DNA of 63,680 bases, filler included, from Salisapilia sapeloensis CBS 127946 (Eukaryota > Protista > Oomycota), in NCBI GenBank assembly GCA_023334545.1. It is 14 parts of 14 records of this genome, joined end to end, with 100 filler letters (N's around TTAATTAATTAA, not from the genome) between each part and the next. Parts side by side here need not be neighbours in the genome. Positions count along the whole stretch, not along the records: positions 19,498 to 44,828 come from JAADVB010000252.1; 13 more parts are not named here. One strand, written 5' to 3'. The translations under genes were made by a program, and so were the position numbers. The notes beneath the pieces are model-generated. The model worked only from the letters and a program-made list of their open reading frames with translations, was not told the origin of the DNA and did not search any database. Of this stretch, positions 28,947-39,783 are shown one piece after another. Position 1 is the stretch's first letter; each line of letters opens with the position of its first letter.

Positions 28947-30469
28947 TCATGCAGTCGCCTTTGCACCACAACTTTCACAGAACTTTTGGTTGATACGCAT
29001 GGGCGCAGCACATTGCCCACAGCTCGGAGTCGTCTGTACTGGTGTCGGAGCTGGAGGTGGCGCAGCAGTCTTCTGACTGCCGCAGTGAGGACAGAACTTT
29101 TGCGTTGCACCCATTGCAGCTTGGCAGGTCGTGCAGATTTCAGAAAAGGACGAAGAGGAAGAAGAGGAGGACCGACGAAGAGCTTCCGAAGACCGGCGTT
29201 GTCTCTCCTGCGCTTGCATCTCCACACTCCGCTGCGACTAAGTTTTCAGTTAGATCTAATTTACTGACATCATATGCTCTAGTAACGTACTAGTTCTGCC
29301 TGCTGACGGAGCTGCTCAGCACGGTTGCGAGCTTCCTGTGCCTTCTGCTCCGCAGCTTCACGCCGCTGGCGAGCTTCCTCTGCCTTGGAACGCTGCTCCT
29401 CTCGCTCGCGTTGAATTTGCTATGCCATATTTAGCCATGGAAAGCGCAAGGGTGTTCTGCACAGTCTACCTTTTGCTTCCGCTGCTCTTCCTGCTCTTGT
29501 CGCCGAATCTTCTCCTGCTCCAGCTTGGCTGTGGCTGCTTCTGCGTTAGCCTTCAGCTGAGCGGCTCTTTCACGAGCCTCCTGTGCCCTACGCTCTGCTT
29601 CCTCACGACGCTTCCTAGCAGCCTCTGTCTTGGCTAGTTGCTCCTCCCGTTCGCGTTGGATTTGCTAGCACACATGTATGAAGACTTATCACACGACATG
29701 GACAACCAAAAACGTACCTGCTGTCTCCGCTGCTCTTCCTGTTCCAGCCTTTTAAGTCTCTCTTGCTCCAATTTTGTGGCAGCATCCTCTGCATTCGCCC
29801 TCAGCTGATCAGCTCTACAATAATTAGATGTGAGTCTCTACGCTTGGACGAATTCAATGCCAAAAATACTTTTCTCGAGCTTCCTGTGCCTTTCGTTCGG
29901 CCTCTTCTCGCCGCTGACGAGCCTGCTCAGCCTTCTCTCGCTGCTGCTGACGTTGGCGCTGGGTTTCCTACGCACTTTCGTGAGCACAGAAATCCAGGAA
30001 TAGCTTCGACCAAGACGCACTTGTTTGCGTAACTCTTCTTCCCGCTCCAATCGCTTCATCTGCTCACTTTCATAGTTAGCCACAGCAGTCTCTGCATTCG
30101 CTTTGAGCTCATCCGCCCTATGGCATGTGATGATGCGTGTTAAAAGACAGACCAAGATGGAACGTGATACCGTTCGCGAGCTTCTCGTGCCTTCCTCTCC
30201 GCTTCTTCACGACGCTTTTTGGCTTCATCCCATTGCATCGAGATACGCTGCTTCTCTTCGTCATCCGTAGATGATGTGGCCGACACAAAGCTAGAGCTGG
30301 AGGATCGAACCTGAGTCGGCACTTCGATTGCAGAGCCTACGTAATCAGGTACATTTAAGCTTTCGACCTGGATGGAAAAGGTAGCAGTCCTACCACATTC
30401 GGGGCAAAAGCGAGGAGGCTGTCCTTCGTATAGGTCGTAGCGAGAGCCACATTCGCCGCAGAATCCCAT
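28947..30469 (-). CDS. Multi-exon zinc-ribbon / charged helical rod / double zinc-ribbon protein
   Basis: N-term FCGECG...FCPECG; E/R/A/K-rich middle exons; C-term CTTC...FCPHCG...CGQC...FCESCG*. Confidence 0.8.
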
Positions 30470-33400
30470 GCTAAGCAGGACGAGTTCGCGTTCTTGTGTT
30501 GTGCAATTGGAAATGTATGAGATAAAGTATGGGCACGACCTCCTATACTGAATACATCGACGTCGTGTTAATCTATCAGACCCTGTTAAGTGAGCCGAAA
30601 GCCGACGACAGAGAGGACGTTAGGAAGAAAGTAGCTGAGCGATTGTGAGTGCTCGCAGTGTCGTGTAGAAAGTTACGATTTATTTTCAATAGTACTGCCA
30701 TTTCAAATTGAATGTGATGTATTAAAGTGCTTTTGATTGTCTGATGGAAACGAGCTACCAACACAGGCTTTCATTTGGATGTCAAGTCGCTATGAAAGAT
30801 GCTAGTCGTTCCCCTTAGACTCGTGTGCGGTCTTTTAGTAAAAAATCAACAACAGAAGCATAGGGTCGAGCAATCTTTCCTGATCTAGTAGAAGATCGTG
30901 GTCATGACTGTCTTCCGAGTTACCATGAGTAGTACGCTAGCTTCTCGGTAGTCGCAATAACGGCTGAGTTTCAGCAATCAATCCTGCAGGCATAACATTT
31001 CTTGCAACAAATCGCTCGACTCCAAGTCGTTCATTGTGATGCGGCATTCACTTTGTTATTGAGAATCTCGTAGACGCTTTTGTCCAGACTGATTCCCAGC
31101 TTACCAGTAGAATTATAATTCACGACCGCATTACACGGTCACACTTTGAAGTCAGAACACTTCCATGTATGCTCAACCACACATAAATATCGTAAGGACG
31201 CTTTTACTTTTTACAAGCCGTAATCCCACGGACATGCAAAACATGTAGAATTAATACCCTCTTTCCAACACTCCGACTTCGTTTTAGCATCGACTTTCCG
31301 CTTGCTTCGTCGTCCTCGTTTCGGTATCTGAATTCCATCTTGTGCTACACAGTGTCGTCTGCCGAGTGTGGGGTGCTTATCAAGTCATTTTGTGCTTACC
31401 AATTGATGCATGGCTTAAGAACAGATTGGCAACTTGCCCCGAAATACAGGTTTCAAGTTTGAAATTAGCTTCAGCTCAATGACAGGAAAGGAGAAAAGTT
31501 TCTTAAAGAAGAGAGGCCTGAAGATGCTCTCATACGAAGGTATCGCGCTTGCACTACTCGAAAATAAACATGCTCCGCCTACAAAATTGCAGACCTACAG
31601 TCGAAAAGGGCTTTTCGCAGAGGAAAATAACGTTGGAAAGCAGATAGGATACTTGTGCACTTAAACTGAACGTGGAATACTTCAGCTAACAACAGTACAC
31701 TATGCGCAAAAGGGATTGTAAACTTTCAGGTAGATACATACTAAAATTGCACCGTTCACCGGAAAAGCAAATGTCTCGTGATATCCTGCAAAACAATGGC
31801 TATCGAACTAAGCTTGGCCCGTTGAAAGGAAAACGAAAATGTGCACGCGTGCATCGCTATCACTTACCTTTTTCTACTGAGGATAAGTTTCAACCTAGCT
31901 ACATGTGGAAGGCGCAGTGTAGTGAGAACAACTTTGCCTTTGATACGTCGTAAGTCTCATTTGATATCGAAGTCGAAAGCGAATGCCTACTTGATTCCTC
32001 CAGCATCTTCCATCGCGATACGACTTTATACGGCTATCTAACGTGTGTTAGGCACTTCATAAAGTATCATCAAATGAAGAACGCATGATGCGTAGCAACA
32101 ACACATTCCGTATTGGAGTAGTTGACATTGCGGGCAAGTTATCGAAAACCTCTTTCTTGCGTTTTAGTATGTGTCAAAGGCTACTAATCGAGGTGCAAGG
32201 ATCCATACCATCATTGAGATTGTATGGTAGGTTGGCTTTGTCTTGCCGCTCTAGCTATCCCTTCTACGCGCTGTCTTGAGCGAAGTAAATATTTTCAGTC
32301 GAGTCAAAGATATCTCTTTTGAATACTTTGGATGTCTGATATTGGACCACGGGGACACATTCGATAATCGCGCGGCTATGAACGCAAGTAATTTGCTTAG
32401 AGAGCATCAGAAGTGATCTTGAGTTGGAAGGGGAATCAGACAGGGATCTGTTGGCGATCGATCAAGTAACATAGTATAATTTGACTTTTTTAAAGTTGTT
32501 GACAAATCAAGCTTTGCTAGTGTCGAATATAAGAGAGGAGGAAGTGTTGTGACTTGTTTGCACTACTCTATCAGCATTTTCGAGCTCTTGGTTTTAAAAC
32601 CAGAAGGTAGTTTCGTTACTGTATAAGTTGTGTCAAATAGCATGAACCCTCAATAAGAAGAAGAAATGAAGATGTTTCGTTAAACACCCGCTCCGCTAGA
32701 TGACCGCAATCTTATTTTCTTAAGGATTTCACAGCTGCGAGCGCTACATCGTTATTGACTGCCACCTTCGCTGAGTCACGCTCCACTTTCGACAAAGTAA
32801 CTCAAACTCGGCAAGATCGACGAGATGTCTACCACCAACACGTCCCCACGCGGCATCTAACGCACTTCTCCGGGTATTGCAACAGTGGAAGCCGATGTAC
32901 AAATTCAGATAGCTGTAGTCAAATAATTGATACTGATAAAATTTTTGAGTCGACTGCATGCTCGGATGGTTTTCTGCGCTGACTGTTCCTTTGTCATGTC
33001 ATGCGCATTACTGGCCCGCCTTTTACCGCACTTACTATCTGTCAATACAATATACGTCAAGATGATGGCAAAAACTGAACGCTTTGGTAGTCGACAGAGA
33101 GTTCAAGGACGCATCTACGATTACACAAGCCGTTCGGACATCTTAGAGTTGTCTTCAGACGCGACGTTGCTGACATTGTGCATTAAAGCATCAGAATCTT
33201 CACCTTGCGTCAGGATGCTCTGCGTCGTACGATAACGAAGGTTAGTGGTACTACGAGGTATATCGACCTAGTTCAGCCCACTCTCATTTTAGTGCAAAGG
33301 TCATATACGCCAAGCCTTCGATGGCGGGAGTGGATTCCGGAGGAACGAAACACCGAAAAATTAAACACGATAGAGACTCTGATTAAGGGTGATGCAGAAA

Positions 33401-33556
33401 TTAAACATACAGATGGAGTGTATCCCATCATGGTAAGCGCGTGCACGCCACCTGGTGCGATGCTTAGGTTGGCCCTGGATTTTAATCTGCGTCACTTCGA
33501 TCGGCTGCTCGGCTCATTCTCTCTTTTTCGTCGAATTGGCCAAGTCTCGAAGCAAG

Positions 33557-34063
33557 ATGATGTCCCTACCGCACCCAGCAATGCTCCCCCCGCTTTATCT
33601 CTACATTACTAAATCGGCGTCCAGCCAATACCCATCAACGACGGAGATCCCAGAGAAGAGAGCGTCAACGCTTGTTTCAACAAAAGCAAAGACTAGAGGT
33701 AGAGCTTGTAAGTCTCCCGGATGTGAGAAGTATGTCGTGGACCGTGGACTCTGCGTGGCACACGGCGGTGGCAGGCGATGTCGCATCGAAGGCTGCCAAA
33801 GCCGCAGCCAGTATAATGAGTTATGCTTTAAGCATGGAGGATCGAAAGAGTGCATGTTTGACGGTTGCTCTCGGCGTGCTAAGTCGCGTGGGTGCTGCAG
33901 TTCCCATGGGGGCTGCCGAAAGTGTATTGTTGAAGAGTGTCCAAAGCGTGCAGTTTCGAAAGGCAAATGCTGGAGCCATGGCGGCGGCAAACGCTGTCAG
34001 ATCGACGGTTGCTTCAAGCCAGCGACGCAGCGTGATGGAAATTTATGCGTTGAGCATCGATAG
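33557..34063 (+). CDS. WRKY19-like (C-C-C-HGG repeat) zinc-finger protein, copy 1, intronless
   Basis: Five CX4C-x11/12-CX2H(GG) units; likely ATG at 33557. Confidence 0.88.
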   Translation: MMSLPHPAMLPPLYLYITKSASSQYPSTTEIPEKRASTLVSTKAKTRGRACKSPGCEKYVVDRGLCVAHGGGRRCRIEGCQSRSQYNELCFKHGGSKECMFDGCSRRAKSRGCCSSHGGCRKCIVEECPKRAVSKGKCWSHGGGKRCQIDGCFKPATQRDGNLCVEHR

Positions 34064-35390
34064 GAGGTCTCTGCGTAGATGCGCAGCCGTGACTAGCTAT
34101 CTTATAAATATGAATTGAAATGGAAGTGATTCGCCAAGTATGATCATCCACATCATTGTTGAATACTCCCGCAGAATCATACGTTCAAATCATAGACAAT
34201 CGATGTGCGATTTGCATTGACTAATAAAGCTATATCGCATTTTGAGGTGCAGACATCGCTCTTTGTGGTCACTGCCGAGGAGCTAGCTTCTATCTGTTAT
34301 ATGACAGATGGGACCTGATTTAAAAAGGTTCAGGATTCACTTTCGATCAGGCATAGTTTCTCACAAGTCAGTGGTACTGCCATCAAAGCGTACTCGATCG
34401 ACGATAGGAGTGCAGTCATCGAGTGTAATGCTACAAAGGTACATTTCGTGCCTTTCAGACATTGCGTAAATTCGGTATATCCTTGCATCCGAAGCTATTC
34501 CTGTCCTTCTTTCATTCAGTGCTCTGATGCATGCGTGGCTCTTTTCTGATTCTTATATCTGCCGCTCGTTCCGTCCAAATGGATATGACCAAGCGGTGTT
34601 GACATCCTAGTGACACGTGGTTGAAGTATTGTTGAAGAGGAGTTGAAGGTGGTCGGATTCGAACCGCCGAAATGGACACAAGTCGTCTTCGTTGCGCGCA
34701 TTGGCAGTTGTCTAAATAAAATGAGCTAGTACTAACTTTTGTTTCTAGACAAAACTCAGTAAGCAAAGGATACCATCTAACACTCAGTTTAACTGAAGAT
34801 AACTAGTTGTCTCTTGATCACGTTTATGACTTTACTAGTATATCCCACGCCAGTGTCGTCCGTTTATAAGCGATCGATGCTACTTATTGTCAATACTTCG
34901 CGCCCACACGTGCGTTAGAGCTGAGAATAAATCGCTATATTGCGCATGTTTACAAAGCTATTGTAATGATGCCTATGCAAGCAGCGTATCTGACTTTTGG
35001 CAAGTATGCAACACAGTGCACTCGTAGATGTCCGAAGGTGAAACGAGCTACGATAGTTCTACATGGACCAACACTGCTTTATTCAATACGTAGACTTGTA
35101 GCCAAGGTATGAACAAAGCAAATAAAACATAGAAAATGATTCTTTCTGGAAACTTGTGATATAAAATCAATTTTCCCTGCTGTCAAAAAACACTCAAAAC
35201 AATCCTTCAGTCGGTCTGATGCCAATAGCTTTCGAATTGGAAGTCCGAGGTGGTGGCTAGTGCATGCATCCTACGTCAAAATCTATAGCAAGATACGTTC
35301 ACTCCCTGCGACTCTATCGTGGCGTTTGGCACAAATAAACTATCTTTCGAACGAAAATCGATCACGTCGTATTTGTATTTGACAAAGTCC

Positions 35391-36797
35391 TTAGAGCTCC
35401 TTCTTGTTGATGGCGCGAACCGTTTGGTGGACGAGCTGATCGATGATGCCAATGACAGTGAAGACACCGCCGACGATGGCACAGAGCGACGTGATGAAGT
35501 GGTAGAACGGCTCTGTGTCCTCTTCCACGCGCACTGCCATGGGAGACAAGTCGTACAAAAACATGATCGACGGCAGGTCGCCGGTCTCGAGATACTCGTT
35601 GCTGTGGGCCGTGTACTTGTACACATTGATCGAGTCTCCACTCGGCTGGACGTACGAGTTCGTCACGACCTTGACGTAGTGGACGTACGTGTGGTTTTTG
35701 TTGTAAGACGTAAACTGCTGACCAGCCAGTCGGTGCGAGTACAGGTCCACTTGGGCGTCGTTCGGTAGTTTCTTTCTGTCCTTGGGCGCCAGCTCCTGTC
35801 CGAACCAGAGCTCCTCCACCATGTGGCTGGCGTTCACGAGGGAGGCGTCCATCGAGTAAGCTGGGTTGGACAGGTGCACGTGGAAGTTTCCTGGCACGCG
35901 CTTCACGTCCAAGTGTCCGTACAACCTGCACCCTTCCGGCCCTGCCTGCCGCGAGATGACCTGTCCGTTCTTCCGAGCGACTTTCTTGTCCATTTCGTGC
36001 AACACCTTTTTCTTCTTCTCAACCATATCCTCCTCTCCCTCGAACAAGGCTTTGAACTTGCTCGTGAAAGCCTCGACCGTTCTGTCTCCGTGGTACATTT
36101 CCACTGGATTCGGGTCTCCGTCCTTGTAGAACATGATCGACGGGTAGGCTCGAATGAACTGCTTCATGCAGAGCGTCGGGTGTTCTTGGCAGTTGACAGA
36201 CGCCACGCGCATGCGCTGGCCGTAATGCAGTGACGGTAGCGTCTTGGCAACTCGTGTCCATGTTGGCTCCAGACGTTTGCACCAGATGCACCACGGGGCG
36301 TAAAAGTCGACGGCCACATAGTGGTGCTGCTTTAGGAACGGATCGAAGGTCTCTTCGTCCAGCATCGTGACGACGGCATCACTTTCCGGCAGATCGCCGT
36401 ACTCTTCGTCGTTGGCGTAGACGGGTTGCAGCTGGTCTTCGGATGCGAATCCAATGTCCCGCTGCTTGGAGTCCAGACGCACCTTGTAGATGTCGCGCGT
36501 CATGTTGTGCTTTCGTGTGCCGGTCATGTCCGAGACGTCGACACTGGCAAACTCGCACGGGAGGTCTGGAACGGTGACATTGAAGTTAATGCGCAAGGTT
36601 TCGTCCATCCCTTCGTCCATGACGATCTCGTACTTGTACTCGGTCGTGAGGTAGCTATTGAGCTCCAGGACGACAAGCAGCGCCATGACGATAACGCCTA
36701 CAAGCGAGAGGCTGACGCCCGGGACGGTGCTGACGGTCAGGTCCTCCGGGATCTTCTTGTAAAAGTCCCATTTCTTAAGCGCGTCCATGGCCCCCAT
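35391..36797 (-). CDS. ERGIC/Erv41-46 family protein with an inserted thioredoxin domain (PDI-C type)
   Basis: KKWDFYKKIPEDLT, NVTVPDLPCEFASVDVSD, DFYAPWCIWCKRLEP, EGCRLYGHLDVKRVPGNFH, FLYDLSPMAV, LCAIVGGVFTV. Confidence 0.93.
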   Translation of the reverse strand: MGAMDALKKWDFYKKIPEDLTVSTVPGVSLSLVGVIVMALLVVLELNSYLTTEYKYEIVMDEGMDETLRINFNVTVPDLPCEFASVDVSDMTGTRKHNMTRDIYKVRLDSKQRDIGFASEDQLQPVYANDEEYGDLPESDAVVTMLDEETFDPFLKQHHYVAVDFYAPWCIWCKRLEPTWTRVAKTLPSLHYGQRMRVASVNCQEHPTLCMKQFIRAYPSIMFYKDGDPNPVEMYHGDRTVEAFTSKFKALFEGEEDMVEKKKKVLHEMDKKVARKNGQVISRQAGPEGCRLYGHLDVKRVPGNFHVHLSNPAYSMDASLVNASHMVEELWFGQELAPKDRKKLPNDAQVDLYSHRLAGQQFTSYNKNHTYVHYVKVVTNSYVQPSGDSINVYKYTAHSNEYLETGDLPSIMFLYDLSPMAVRVEEDTEPFYHFITSLCAIVGGVFTVIGIIDQLVHQTVRAINKKEL

Positions 36798-37057
36798 TGC
36801 CACTCGACGATTCGCTTGTGTCTTTGGTGACGTGGAGAAGAGCGGCGTGTGGCTCGACACACCTAGACTTTGTATGCACCGAGACCCTCGATCTTTTATA
36901 TCTTTCCTATCTTACATGATGGGTACAAAGAGGGTACAGAAGCTCTACCATGGCCTGATGGGCATCTCTAGGGTCTGGATCGGCCAAGAGTAATCTAGCT
37001 ACAGCAACACTCGCCTTTGGCCATGAACAAGACAACTCTTTTGTTTACGATTGGAAA

Positions 37058-39655
37058 TCACGAGACGAATCCTAGCTCCACGGCCGCTCGGTCGGCCTCT
37101 CCCTCGATCTCTGCGTCTCGACTCAAGTTGCGCACTGTCGTCAGCTTCTCTGGATCCTTGAGCCGGATCGCCAGCTGCAGCGCGTCTCGGTACATTTCCA
37201 GGTGCATGAGCGTCTCAAACTTTTCGTCCGAGTTCGTGATGCGAGTCGTGTAGCTCTCGGCCTGCTTCAGCTCTCCGTGGGCGAGGCAGGCGACGGCAAA
37301 GGCCTTGAATCCGCACGGAGGCGTCTTCTTCTCCTGTGACAGCTTCTGCAGACTGTCCCACTGCTGCGTCTCGGCCAGCGCCTGGATCTTCACTCGGTAC
37401 AGACGCTTGTCCGGCACCTTGCACTTCTTCGCGAACGAGTTGGCGACGGCCACCAGCTTCGGCTCGTACTTGGAGTCCCGTACCAGCACTCGGATCGTGT
37501 CCGAGACACTCTTGCCCACCAGCTTTCTCTTCTTGACGTTTTCCGCCTTGTCCTCGATCTTTTTCTGCTCGTGCACCACGTCTGCCTGCTCCTCACACAG
37601 CTTGGCGTTCAACGGCTGCTTGGCGTTCGTGTACTTGCCGCCAGCCTCCTTACACAGTCGCGCTCTCTCCTCCACGTCCTCGCTCTTGGCGGCTTGGCTG
37701 ATGTCGTATTCGGCGCTCGCTGCATCGTTCCAGAGCGATTGGATCTTGGTGCTCTTACTCGTGCGGTAGAACTGGAGCATCAAGTCCACTGCCTCCTGGT
37801 ACTTGGGGTCTCGGTACAAGACGAAGCGGAATTGGTCCATGTCTGGAAGCGTCCGTTCCAGGTGGAAGAGAGCCATGTACACCAGGTCCGTGTTGTTCGA
37901 GTCGATGGCCTTGCGCAGAGCCAGCTCCAGTTCTCCCATGGACAGCAGCAGAGGAACCTGGTCGCTCGCGTTCGGCTCTAGCTCCAGGAACATGGTCGCC
38001 AGGCGTCTCCTGTTCACTCGCTCAGCGCAGGACGCAATGTCGGCGTAGGACACGAGCGTCGCACTGGCCAGCTTACGTCGGACGAGCGCTACGAGGTCCT
38101 CATCCGGCATATTGTCCGCTGCCTTCACCTTCTCACAGGCCCAGTGAACGAGCACTCGGTCCGTCGGCAGGTGCAGGTACTCGCATATCTTAAGCGCTAA
38201 AAAGTGGTGGTGGAGGGCCACGAGGCGGCTAATGACAGCGTCAGCTCCTAGACGGTCATACTGGGTCGATGTGAGGGGGAAGCCGATGCTGGCGTCGCGG
38301 AGGGCGTTCAGCACCCGGATCTTGCGGCACATGTCGACAAAGAGCTCTGGGTCGAGGGCTTCGTGCTCGATCGAAGACGCGTCCATGGTGGCGGCGTCGA
38401 TGAAGCACTTGCCGTAGGAAGCGGCTCGGAGGTAGACTGTCTGCTGAGAATAGTCCAGCTCAGCCCCGGCGGCCGTGACGCAGTCCTTGATGGCCTCGTC
38501 CATGGCTGCCTGCCCCTTTTGCTGGATGGCTCGAATGTTCTCGTCTGCCTTGGCGTCGCCAGAGTCGTACATGTCCAGCGCCTGGAAGAGCATGGCGGCG
38601 TTGGCAGTGGAGCCGATGCGTCGGATGTTCTCGACGCTGGATGGGACCCGGATGACGATGTCATGGGTGTGGGTAGAGATGATGCGGCAGCTGTCCACTT
38701 CTTGGCGAAGATATACGTGGTCGTCGTAAGGATACCGGAGCCACGACCCGTACGGACCGACCATGATGAGACCACCAGATGGCCAGAAGAGCATCACCGA
38801 GTCCTCTCCGCACCAGCACATTTGCTCTGGGGCAGACTTGGCCTGTGTGTCGAACGTCAAGATCTTCTGGTCGAGGGCCGTCGTCATCACCGTAAGAGAT
38901 CCGTCCTGGCAGAAGGCAGCCATGAACATGCCATTCGGAGCGATCGCCATGGCGGACACAGGTGCAGGCAAGGACTCTTGCAGCTCCAGGTCTTGGCAGC
39001 CTCCGCTCTTACTGACGCTGACGATGGACTTGCTGGAGGTTGCGAGTAGCACTTCTGGCGACGAGGACTTGAGGAACCGAGGCTCCAATACAGTCATACA
39101 AGTGGGCGCATTACTCTCCGACAGACCACTGTCAGGGAGCAAAAAGACCTTGGGACGCACCGAGTCAATGTCCAGTACTTGGATGAGAGCTAGTTTCTCT
39201 GACAGTGCGACAAAGCCAGCGCCCCAGTACGAGATACTGGCGACCTTGTCTTTGGAATGGGGTGGCAAGATGGCAAAGTTCGTTTCTTTCTCGCCACGGG
39301 CTGAAAAGGAGACGCAGGATCCATCTGCAAAGACACAAATGAGGTGAAGCTCGTCCGTCCAGAAGAGGTCGATGAGGGGAGCCGCGCCCTTTTCCTCATA
39401 CGGCTCCCACGAGACAGAGCATATTTTCCGTCCTGCGCCTGTGAAGATTAATAGCTCACGAGGTACTGCTCGTCCTTCGACACGAAGGAGCCGTTTGGGG
39501 TTGCGGAGGAGAGCGATGGGGCCGCCAAAGGGCGCAATGGCAGACAGGTAGTCCCGGAGGTCCGTGACGCCAGACTCGGAGGCCCACTCGAGAGAGTCAT
39601 AGACGTTCCATTTGCGATACTGGACTTTGCCGAGCGATTCCCACTCTGCTTCCAT
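37058..39655 (-). CDS. VPS16: Vacuolar protein sorting 16 (HOPS/CORVET subunit), intronless, 865 aa
   Basis: APFGGPIAL, PEQMCWCGEDSV, LLRAASYGK-like YLRAASYGKCF, RVLNALR, VLVHWACEKV, QVPLLLSMGE. Confidence 0.95.
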   Translation of the reverse strand: MEAEWESLGKVQYRKWNVYDSLEWASESGVTDLRDYLSAIAPFGGPIALLRNPKRLLRVEGRAVPRELLIFTGAGRKICSVSWEPYEEKGAAPLIDLFWTDELHLICVFADGSCVSFSARGEKETNFAILPPHSKDKVASISYWGAGFVALSEKLALIQVLDIDSVRPKVFLLPDSGLSESNAPTCMTVLEPRFLKSSSPEVLLATSSKSIVSVSKSGGCQDLELQESLPAPVSAMAIAPNGMFMAAFCQDGSLTVMTTALDQKILTFDTQAKSAPEQMCWCGEDSVMLFWPSGGLIMVGPYGSWLRYPYDDHVYLRQEVDSCRIISTHTHDIVIRVPSSVENIRRIGSTANAAMLFQALDMYDSGDAKADENIRAIQQKGQAAMDEAIKDCVTAAGAELDYSQQTVYLRAASYGKCFIDAATMDASSIEHEALDPELFVDMCRKIRVLNALRDASIGFPLTSTQYDRLGADAVISRLVALHHHFLALKICEYLHLPTDRVLVHWACEKVKAADNMPDEDLVALVRRKLASATLVSYADIASCAERVNRRRLATMFLELEPNASDQVPLLLSMGELELALRKAIDSNNTDLVYMALFHLERTLPDMDQFRFVLYRDPKYQEAVDLMLQFYRTSKSTKIQSLWNDAASAEYDISQAAKSEDVEERARLCKEAGGKYTNAKQPLNAKLCEEQADVVHEQKKIEDKAENVKKRKLVGKSVSDTIRVLVRDSKYEPKLVAVANSFAKKCKVPDKRLYRVKIQALAETQQWDSLQKLSQEKKTPPCGFKAFAVACLAHGELKQAESYTTRITNSDEKFETLMHLEMYRDALQLAIRLKDPEKLTTVRNLSRDAEIEGEADRAAVELGFVS

Positions 39656-39783
39656 CTCGTGTCGCTGCTTGATGGGAAGGATATTTGCGTCTTAGAATAT
39701 TACCTCCATAGAGGGATCGAGGAAGGGAATAAACGTGCTATTTATTTGGAAAGATGCAGTGTGCCGATAGAATGGTACGCTAC

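Noticed and set aside
30500-33450. About 3 kb gap with short ORFs (31434, 31702, 33205) as a hidden gene or transposase
   Set aside because: Frames are short and unlinked with no domain motif; left as intergenic or decayed.
34655-34665. Perfect B-box/T-loop GGTTCGAATCC on the minus strand as a tRNA or SINE
   Set aside because: The T-stem has a mismatch, there is no acceptor-stem partner, and no proper D-arm/A-box at the right spacing. tRNAscan-SE would settle it.
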